Source of the DNA: an uncultured virus (IMG/VR IMGVR_UViG_3300009155_000057)
Lineage: Duplodnaviria; Heunggongvirae; Uroviricota; Caudoviricetes
IMG/VR virus record: IMGVR_UViG_3300009155_000057
Length of the DNA: 20,000 nucleotides
Direction: 5' to 3' (one strand)
The first letter of the stretch is position 1, and each line of letters opens with the position of its first letter. The position numbers and the translations under genes are program-made. Shown in pieces: positions 13,325-20,000 of the stretch. The notes under the pieces were generated by a model, which worked only from the letters and a program-made list of their open reading frames with translations, was not told where the DNA came from and did no database searches.

Positions 13325-14166
13325 GTCCTTTTTATACTGCGCAAAGATATATTCCGGCACGAGTTGAAAATGATCGAGATTGGCCTGGTCATGTGCTTCG
13401 TTTTGATGAAAGGTATGAGTTTTGTTATGTTGCGAAAACCAAGCCCGAGCTAATAGAGCTTATTAAGGGATATTACAAATATCCAGATCGCAAACCAGAG
13501 CATGATCCAAGGGTAATTGAAACAAAGGAATTGGAAGATAAAAGTCGTCAAATCATAACCATACTTTGCAATGAATATAAAACTCAATATTTGATTACTG
13601 AATATCAAATTGAGAGTGAAGATTCTTTGCCAATTCGTTATGCCTCTACTGTAACACATCCAAACTTTCCAGGTTTTGGAATCGTTGTATCAGTAGAAGG
13701 TGATAATGCAAAGGTTATGTTTGAAAAATGATTTATTATAAATCATTTTTCCAAAGTTGCTCCTTATGAAGATAGATCTATTTCCCTGCCTATTTCTTCA
13801 CTGCAAAAGTATGGTGATCTTGTTTTTCTAGTTGTAGAAACAGGTGGCGCCTGGAACGATCTTGAATATCCTAACTTTGTAGCTGTGGCCGCCTCCCTTG
13901 AGGAGCTAAAAAGAAATATGATTAGTTACGCAAAAAGGCGACATAGTTATATAGAAGGACGTGATAAAACTTATGAAGTAGAAACTTCAGATGCCAATTT
14001 TACTCATAAGGGTGGTTCAACTTATCAAGGCTATGATTCCTATGAAAAGGGATACTTGAAAAGACTTATCAACCTTGTCACTATAATGAAGTATAAGAAA
14101 GAAAGTGATGTAGAGTACACCTACACTTATAACTATTCATGTGAGACATTGACATTGACAATGTAA
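13321..14166 (+). CDS. Hypothetical protein with an in-frame TGA at 13729-13731 (readthrough or pseudogene)
   Basis: ORFs 13321-13731 and 13885-14166 are in the same frame and the intervening 51 codons are open. Confidence 0.55.
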
Positions 14167-14176
14167 TGGAGAAGAT

Positions 14177-14509
14177 ATGGACGAGGATACTTTTTTGTTT
14201 TGGGCGACAGTAAATAACGTTGAAATTCCAGTTTTTGCCCGCAAGATTGCAGATGTGTTTAAAGCATTGCTAGATGCAACTGAAGTGAAGGAAGGTTATA
14301 AGGTCTTGACTACAAGATCTTTTAGTTTTGGTGTAACACACTCAGTCGATATTCTTGTATCTGATTCAGGTGATTTATATGCAACACACACCGTACGAAG
14401 GGGAGCTGATCTTCCTCGTTCCAAATCTTGGAAAGTTATACACAAAAATGTTTTGGTTGCCATTCCTCATGATTGGATGTCCATTCCAATGGATTGTTGG
14501 GGACGTTGA
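14177..14509 (+). CDS. Hypothetical protein
   Basis: GGAG RBS, 110 aa. Confidence 0.7.
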   Translation: MDEDTFLFWATVNNVEIPVFARKIADVFKALLDATEVKEGYKVLTTRSFSFGVTHSVDILVSDSGDLYATHTVRRGADLPRSKSWKVIHKNVLVAIPHDWMSIPMDCWGR

Positions 14510-14537
14510 TATTCTAATTTTTATTTAAGGACTTAAA

Positions 14538-15155
14538 ATGAAACAATATCCTTCGATTAGCCATCTAACAAAAAAGACAAACCTCAATGACACGTACTAT
14601 GTGTTTGATAAGCTTGATGGATCAAATGTGCGGGTCGTCGTAGACAAGGAAGCAATCAAGAGCGGCATTCTTACAAAGCTTGGAAAGCGTAGCGGTTTGC
14701 TTGATGACAAAACCCCGTTTCTGATTGAGTCAAAAGACCTTATCTCTGCTCTTAGCAAGAATCTAATCCGAATGGTAAAAGATTCTAAGTGGCAAGAAGC
14801 AACTTTCTTTTTTGAATTTTATGGAGATTCCTCTTTCTCAGGAGCTCACTTTGATGAGCCTCATAAAGTCTCCTTGATTGATATTGACGTTTATAAAAAG
14901 GGAATCCTGCCCCCAGATCAGTTTTTGCCGCTGGCTGCAGCTTACAATATCCCTTATGCAAGGATGCTTCGCATTGGTAACATTGATGAAAACTTCCAAA
15001 AGAGTGTTGAAGATTCAACAGTTGAAGGCATGACTTTCGAAGGAGTTGTTTGTAAAAACAACACCAGCACATTTAAAATCAAAAGTAAGGCCTGGCTTGC
15101 AAAGCTAAAAGAAAAGTGTGGGGATGATGAGGAATTGTTCTCTAAGCTTCGATAA
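14538..15155 (+). CDS. ATP-dependent RNA ligase-like protein (Rnl2-type nucleotidyltransferase domain)
   Basis: Motif I DKLDGSN, motif III FEFYG, IIIa LIDI, IV EGVVCK, V FKIKS. Confidence 0.75.
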   Translation: MKQYPSISHLTKKTNLNDTYYVFDKLDGSNVRVVVDKEAIKSGILTKLGKRSGLLDDKTPFLIESKDLISALSKNLIRMVKDSKWQEATFFFEFYGDSSFSGAHFDEPHKVSLIDIDVYKKGILPPDQFLPLAAAYNIPYARMLRIGNIDENFQKSVEDSTVEGMTFEGVVCKNNTSTFKIKSKAWLAKLKEKCGDDEELFSKLR

Positions 15156-15170
15156 ACAAAAGGAGGCGGA

Positions 15171-15383
15171 ATGACTGTTAAAGATCTAATCAAGAAGCTT
15201 AAAGAATATGATGATGACACTATTGTTACCGTTTGTGAATACAGCGGATCAGAAGATCTTTATCGCAAAATAAAATTCATTGAAAGAATGATCTACACAG
15301 GAAACGCTTCTGATAAACTCAAAAAGAAGTTGAAGAACCACACTCCTGGCGCAATTTACCTAACCGCATTTGAGAGAGGATAA
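15171..15383 (+). CDS. Small hypothetical phage protein
   Basis: AAGGAGG RBS; MTVKDLIKKLKEYDDD N-terminus typical of small phage proteins. Confidence 0.75.
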   Translation: MTVKDLIKKLKEYDDDTIVTVCEYSGSEDLYRKIKFIERMIYTGNASDKLKKKLKNHTPGAIYLTAFERG

Positions 15384-15885
15384 AGCGCTTTTAACGTCCC
15401 CTGACATTCTTGGTCATGATGACTACTTCATTCGCAGAATTTTTCTTGCAGGTTCCATTGAAAATGAAAAAGCAATTGATTGGCAGGCCGACCTTTATGA
15501 AAAGGTAATGAAAGGTCTTACGAAAAATAATCGTGAAGATTTGTTTAATGAAAGTGTTGTCTTCTTTAATCCAAGACGAAAAGAATGGAATCCAAATGCA
15601 AGTGAAAAAGAACTGACGACCCAAATTAATTGGGAGCTTAGTCACCTGACCGAGTCAAATATCGTTTTCTTTTTTCTTGCAAAGGGAACGATTAGCCCAA
15701 TTTCTCTCCTTGAGCTTGGGTTAATGATTCGCACCAATAAAAAAATCATTGTTGTGTGTGAAGATGATTATTTTCGCGCAACGAATGTTAGTGAAACTTT
15801 AAGATTCTTTAGAAATCAATTTGTGTTTTCAACTCTAGAAGACGGAATTAATGCTCTTATTAAAGAAATTTCATTGGAATTGTAA
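15370..15885 (+). CDS. Nucleoside 2-deoxyribosyltransferase-like protein
   Basis: IFLAGSI, FFNPRR, QINWEL, SPISLLELG motifs. Confidence 0.85.
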   Translation: MREDKALLTSPDILGHDDYFIRRIFLAGSIENEKAIDWQADLYEKVMKGLTKNNREDLFNESVVFFNPRRKEWNPNASEKELTTQINWELSHLTESNIVFFFLAKGTISPISLLELGLMIRTNKKIIVVCEDDYFRATNVSETLRFFRNQFVFSTLEDGINALIKEISLEL

Positions 15886-15887
15886 TC

Positions 15888-16220
15888 ATGACAAATAGTA
15901 GCAAAATGACTTTTAAAGAACAGATCACAGAAGTAGAAAAAGAAATTCAGGCTCTGAACGTAGTATATGCTCCGCTCCATAAAAAGATGAATGAGCTAAC
16001 CAGCACTCTTGCAAACCTCCAAAACCAATTTGATGTTGATGACAAGGTTTATGTAGAGGAGACGTGTCGGCGTGGATGCTGCATCGAAGATAGCTATCAT
16101 GGAACCGTCATCAATGTAGAATTTGAGGAATGGCGTAAGATTTACCATTATACGATTCGTCAAGACAGCACAGGAGTAGACCGTAAGTATCAAGGAACTT
16201 ACGGTATCAAAAGAATTTGA
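15888..16220 (+). CDS. Hypothetical protein (coiled coil plus CRRGCC motif)
   Basis: 110-aa ORF packed against the upstream gene. Confidence 0.7.
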   Translation: MTNSSKMTFKEQITEVEKEIQALNVVYAPLHKKMNELTSTLANLQNQFDVDDKVYVEETCRRGCCIEDSYHGTVINVEFEEWRKIYHYTIRQDSTGVDRKYQGTYGIKRI

Positions 16221-16239
16221 ACTATCGTTGACGGAAAAT

Positions 16240-16268
16240 ATGCAAACCTGCCCGCGACCTGGTATTAT
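16240..16268 (+). promoter_or_regulatory. Promoter ATGCAA-N17-TATTAT (extended TG)
   Basis: Recurrent motif in an intergenic gap. Confidence 0.6.
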
Positions 16269-16291
16269 GGTAGCATAAGGAAACAAACGCC

Positions 16292-16596
16292 ATGAAACAT
16301 TTTAAACTGTATCTGTTCCAGATACATCAATTTCAGTTTATTTGACTGAGCGTTCTGTTTACGTTGGACACAGCGGTGAACCAATCTATGCAGGAGTAGA
16401 TCTCCATGTTAAAATTGGAAGCTATCATGTCGCGACCAAGTGTTTTGGAATGAAAACTTTGGTCGATGAAAAGATAGATGAATGGGCCAAAAAGTGTGTT
16501 CAGCAAGCAATTGAAAGAAAGAAGAAGCAGCTGGAAAAGGCAAAGCGTGATGTTCAAATAATCGAAGGACATTTGTACGCTTTGGTGTTCAAGTGA
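16292..16596 (+). pseudogene. Hypothetical protein with a -1 frameshift near 16304
   Basis: AAGGA RBS and MKHFK, then the -1 frame TVSVPDTSISVYLTERSV... joins ORF 16342. Confidence 0.55.
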
Positions 16597-16752
16597 TTTT
16601 CAAAACTAAACTAAAAGTTATACACTTAGAAAAGTTTGGTTATGATTTATAATTGGGAATTTTTTCCACACAAACTTATTCTTTTGAAAGAAAGTGATAT
16701 AATCGAAATGGAACTTGGAAACTTACCAACTTGGTAAGTTTCGCACCAATAT

Positions 16753-16845
16753 GGAAGGTTACCGAAGTGGTCATAACGGCGGCGCCTTGAAAGCGGATGA
16801 GCCCCGAAAGGGGGTCCGTGAGTTCGAATCTCACCGCTTCCGCCA
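16753..16845 (+). tRNA. tRNA-Ser(TGA), with stem mismatches
   Basis: GGAAG/CTTCC-G73-CCA, CT TGA AA loop, long variable arm CCCC-GAAA-GGGG, perfect T arm. Two mismatches each in the acceptor and anticodon stems. Confidence 0.82.
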
Positions 16846-16912
16846 TTTCCTATAAACCGTGACAAGCTTGTCACTTTTAAAAACAGTCAAAATAGCAACT
16901 CGGACGGACAAA

Positions 16913-17953
16913 ATGACTAAGTATGTGTTTGTAATCGGTCGGTTCCAGAATTTCCATATCGGCCATCAGTCTCTTCTTGAGACTGCCTCTCTCCATGGAG
17001 AGAAGCTGGTCGTGCTTGTTGGTAGCGCAAATGCTCCAAAGAGCATCCGAAACCCATATACATATTCCCAGCGTGCCAAGGTGCTGAAGGCCGCCGGCTA
17101 TGAAAATGTGTATCCTCTAAACGATTACCACAATGACAATGTTTGGGTGTCCCAGGTAAAGGCTCTCATCGCGTCCATTACGAATGGACAGTCTTATTGC
17201 ATTGCGGGTTCGAACAAGGACGAGTCTACATACTACCTCAACATCTTTGGTGATGTGAAGGTTGTTCAAATTCCACAGTTCTTCCTTGATGGCGGCGAAA
17301 CTGTGAATGCGACCAAGTTTCGAAATGCAATGTTTGCAGGTTTTAGCAAGGGTTGTTGGTCTACTGAGTGTGAAAAGTATCAATCGACTTCCATGAAAGC
17401 AAACCATCTCCTCATGGAGCAATTTTCTTATGTCGCTCCCAGCCTCATTGAAGAATGGCGGCATGTCAAGGAGTACGCAAAGCTGTGGAGCGGTTCTCCA
17501 TTCCCTCCAATTTTTGTGACTGCTGACAACGTTGTTTGTCATCGTGACAAGTTTCTCGCCATTGTGCGAAAGGGTCATCCGGGTCGAGGCCTATACGCTC
17601 TTCCTGGTGGATTCATTGATGAAAAGGAAACTATTCGAGCTTCCGCGCTGCGGGAACTTCGGGAAGAGACGAGTATCGAAATCTTCAACTCCCGAAGTGG
17701 ATCAAAGATTCCTTTCCAGAATGAGTGGTTCATCAAGTCTCAGGTCTTTGATGCTCCAAGTCGTTCTATTCGTGGTCGCACAATCACGCATGCCTTTCAT
17801 TGGAAGATTCCTGACACTCTTAATGTGAGTATTGCAGCCGCCGATGATGCTGCTGATGCTCTTTGGATGCCTCTTACTTACCTTGACGATCCAATGAACA
17901 TGGCAACTTTCATGGAAGATCACTTCAACATCATCAAGACAATGGTCCTTTGA
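16913..17953 (+). CDS. nadM: Bifunctional NMN adenylyltransferase / Nudix hydrolase (NadM-Nudix)
   Basis: IGRFQNFHIGH, VGSAN..RNPY, PFPPIFVTADNVV, ALPGGFIDEKET...LRELREET, RSIRGRTITHA, AADDA, EDHFNII. Confidence 0.95.
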   Translation: MTKYVFVIGRFQNFHIGHQSLLETASLHGEKLVVLVGSANAPKSIRNPYTYSQRAKVLKAAGYENVYPLNDYHNDNVWVSQVKALIASITNGQSYCIAGSNKDESTYYLNIFGDVKVVQIPQFFLDGGETVNATKFRNAMFAGFSKGCWSTECEKYQSTSMKANHLLMEQFSYVAPSLIEEWRHVKEYAKLWSGSPFPPIFVTADNVVCHRDKFLAIVRKGHPGRGLYALPGGFIDEKETIRASALRELREETSIEIFNSRSGSKIPFQNEWFIKSQVFDAPSRSIRGRTITHAFHWKIPDTLNVSIAAADDAADALWMPLTYLDDPMNMATFMEDHFNIIKTMVL

Positions 17954-18010
17954 AATCATCCAAAGAAATCGGATTTCATTATCCATAAGTCTTAATTTGC
18001 ATGTCTGAGC

Positions 18011-18445
18011 TTGATATTGCAGTTGCCCTTTTTTTTCCTCATAATCTTTCTTTGCTTTGTAATTTCCATTCTAATGAGCGCTGGTCGCTACTATATTGAA
18101 AATATAGATACAGTCAAGTCATGGAACGATCTTCAGAAAGTTGGCAGTGTCACAATCCTCTCTGTTAAAGAAATAGATGATTTTAGCAAGACCGAAGTGG
18201 TTATTTGTCTGGCAAACGATTCCGATCGGCAAATTGCTTTTGAGGAACCAAACGTGGTAGCCCTTGACAAAGAAGGGTTTCTGTTCAACGATTGGTGTGG
18301 CACAAATTTTGAATGTAATCTACCACGTAATTCAAAAAAACTGATTACAATAATCTTCCTGACTACGGGCCTTGCCATTGACAAGGTCAGAATTTGGGAC
18401 CAGGACATTCAGATTACACCAAGTATGTCTTTGTACGAAGAATAA
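18011..18445 (+). CDS. Membrane-anchored hypothetical protein (N-terminal TM, beta-rich domain)
   Basis: 144-aa ORF between nadM and nadV; start uncertain. Confidence 0.55.
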   Translation: MILQLPFFFLIIFLCFVISILMSAGRYYIENIDTVKSWNDLQKVGSVTILSVKEIDDFSKTEVVICLANDSDRQIAFEEPNVVALDKEGFLFNDWCGTNFECNLPRNSKKLITIIFLTTGLAIDKVRIWDQDIQITPSMSLYEE

Positions 18446-18460
18446 TTTTTTTTTGCACCT

Positions 18461-18490
18461 ATGCAACCACACCATAAATGGTGTTATAAT
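18461..18490 (+). promoter_or_regulatory. Promoter ATGCAA-N18-TATAAT (extended TG)
   Basis: Recurrent motif with a consensus -10, upstream of NAMPT. Confidence 0.65.
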
Positions 18491-18523
18491 AACTAAGTGG
18501 ATGGCTGATGCCAACCATCGAGG

Positions 18524-18555
18524 GCCAGCCGCGTAAAAACTGGTAACAAAAGGAG
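18524..18555 (+). promoter_or_regulatory. Candidate compact NAD+-II-like riboswitch (SD-sequestering pseudoknot)
   Basis: GCCAG-CCGCGTAAAAA-CTGGT-AACAAAA-GGAG directly upstream of the NAMPT ATG. Confidence 0.45.
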
Positions 18556-18561
18556 ATAAAA

Positions 18562-20000
18562 ATGTCGTTCCCTGTTCCTAATATGCTTCTCAACAACAGT
18601 CGCAATATGGTTCCTTTCCTTCTTGATACGGATACCTACAAGGCGACCCATCACTTTCAGTATCGTGATGGCATCGATGAAATGACCGCCTATTTCACTT
18701 TCCGCGGTCCTCTTCGTCGCGAAGATAGTCGTATCGTCGTCTGCGGCTTGCGGTATGCCTTTGAAAACATTCTTCTTCGCCGGATCACTCAGCGTGATAT
18801 TGACGAGGCCGAGGCCTATCTTGCTCATCATGGTGTGATGGGTGGTCGAATCGATTGGCCGAAGGACCTTTGGCAGGATATCGTCGACACCAACGATGGT
18901 CGTCTTCCTTTCAAGGTTGAGGCCCTCCGCGATGGTGAGGTCATCTATCCTGGCGTCCCGGTCTTCACCATCACTGGCACTGGCAAGTATGCCAAGTTGA
19001 CCACTTGGCTTGAAACCTCACTCATGCGAATCTGGTCTCCAAGCGTCACGGCCACCAAGAGTCGCCACGTTCGTGGCATGATTCAGGAATACTTTGACAA
19101 GACCGTTGATTCCAACAGCTTCTTCCTGCTTCCTTCTCGATTCCACGATTTCGGTTCTCGAGGCGTCTCCTCGGCCGAGACTGCCATGACGACTGGTATT
19201 GGTCACCTTCTGTCCTTTGACGGAACTGACACGATGACTGCTGGTTGGCTTGCCACAACTTGGAACAACGGCGTCGGGGTTGGCGAAAGCGTCATCGCCA
19301 GTGAGCACTCGGTCATGACCACTCATCAGGACGAGCTCACCGCTGTTCGTCACCTGATTTCGAAGACTCCGACTGGCCAGATTCTCAGCTGTGTTGCCGA
19401 CTCGTACGATTACACGAATTTTGTGTACAACATCGTCCCGCAGATTGCTGATGAGGCAAAGGCAAAGGGCATCGTTTTTGTTCTTCGTCCTGATTCTGGT
19501 GACCCCGTTGAGGCGGTTCTTACCGGTCTTGATGGTCTCTCCAAGGCCTTTGGTTATGTCACCAACAGCAAGGGTTACAAGGTCATCACTGGTGCTGCGG
19601 TCATTCAGGGTGACGGCCTGACGATTGAAAAGGTTGAAGATATCCTCCACGAGGTGGCGGCTGCCGGCTACTCCGCGCAGAATGTTGCCTTCGGTATGGG
19701 CGGCGGCCTCCTACAGTCCCAGACTCGAGACACCATGAAGGCTGCAATCAAGGTCTGCTCCATCACGGTGAATGGCACCACACTTCCTATCATGAAGAAT
19801 CCTAAGTCCGATTGGAGCAAGGCGAGCTTGCCTGGAAAGTTGCAGGTGAACAAGGTTGCCGGAATTCCAACGATTTATCCTTCCACCAGTGTTCAGTGGG
19901 ACGATTATCGAAACGAGTTCAACATGCTTGAGACCATTTACGACAATGGTCCGACTGCCTGGAAGCCCGAAACTTTCCAGCAGATGCGTGATCGTCTCAA
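18562..20000 (+). CDS. nadV: Nicotinamide phosphoribosyltransferase (NAMPT), 3'-truncated by the window end
   Basis: Hand translation gives LDTDTYKATH, FHDFGSRG, ASEHSV, VADSYD, LRPDSGDP, VIQGDG, FGMGGGLLQ..RDT. AAGGAG RBS. Absent from the ORF track because no stop occurs in the window. Confidence 0.95.
   Translation, partial: MSFPVPNMLLNNSRNMVPFLLDTDTYKATHHFQYRDGIDEMTAYFTFRGPLRREDSRIVVCGLRYAFENILLRRITQRDIDEAEAYLAHHGVMGGRIDWPKDLWQDIVDTNDGRLPFKVEALRDGEVIYPGVPVFTITGTGKYAKLTTWLETSLMRIWSPSVTATKSRHVRGMIQEYFDKTVDSNSFFLLPSRFHDFGSRGVSSAETAMTTGIGHLLSFDGTDTMTAGWLATTWNNGVGVGESVIASEHSVMTTHQDELTAVRHLISKTPTGQILSCVADSYDYTNFVYNIVPQIADEAKAKGIVFVLRPDSGDPVEAVLTGLDGLSKAFGYVTNSKGYKVITGAAVIQGDGLTIEKVEDILHEVAAAGYSAQNVAFGMGGGLLQSQTRDTMKAAIKVCSITVNGTTLPIMKNPKSDWSKASLPGKLQVNKVAGIPTIYPSTSVQWDDYRNEFNMLETIYDNGPTAWKPETFQQMRDRL

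Noticed and set aside
16299..16308. TTTAAAC as a programmed -1 slippery site
   Set aside because: The zero frame reads TTT AAA C rather than T TTA AAC, so a simple 1-nt deletion is more likely.
1..20000. Genome-wide stop-codon reassignment (in-frame TAA and TGA, TCA-bearing RNA)
   Set aside because: TAA, TGA and TAG all end clear genes here, including ATGA/TGATG-coupled pairs, and conserved enzymes read through without internal stops.

Overview
The window looks like part of a large (jumbo-type) dsDNA bacteriophage genome using the standard code. From 1 to 1.5 kb it holds a minimal PolX-family nucleotidyltransferase and a RadA/Sms-like ATPase. From 1.6 to 8.4 kb is a + strand array of about 22 recognisable tRNA genes, with one more at 16.75 kb. 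Interleaved in the array are about 7 non-canonical tRNA-like RNAs (no anticodon, no D arm, relocated D loop, or a giant D-loop insertion), two further structured ncRNA candidates, an HNH endonuclease and small ORFs. A lone minus-strand R-S-E type ADP-ribosyltransferase follows. The 9.5-16.6 kb stretch has many small accessory ORFs plus a Zn deaminase, a Nudix hydrolase, an Rnl2-like RNA ligase and a deoxyribosyltransferase-like protein; several small ORFs are broken by frameshifts or in-frame stops. The window ends with an NAD+ salvage pair (NadM-Nudix and NAMPT, the latter running off the end), and the NAMPT leader resembles a compact NAD+-II-type riboswitch. The most novel-looking signals are the tRNA-mimic RNAs and the candidate riboswitch. 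All structures were folded by eye and no database search was possible.
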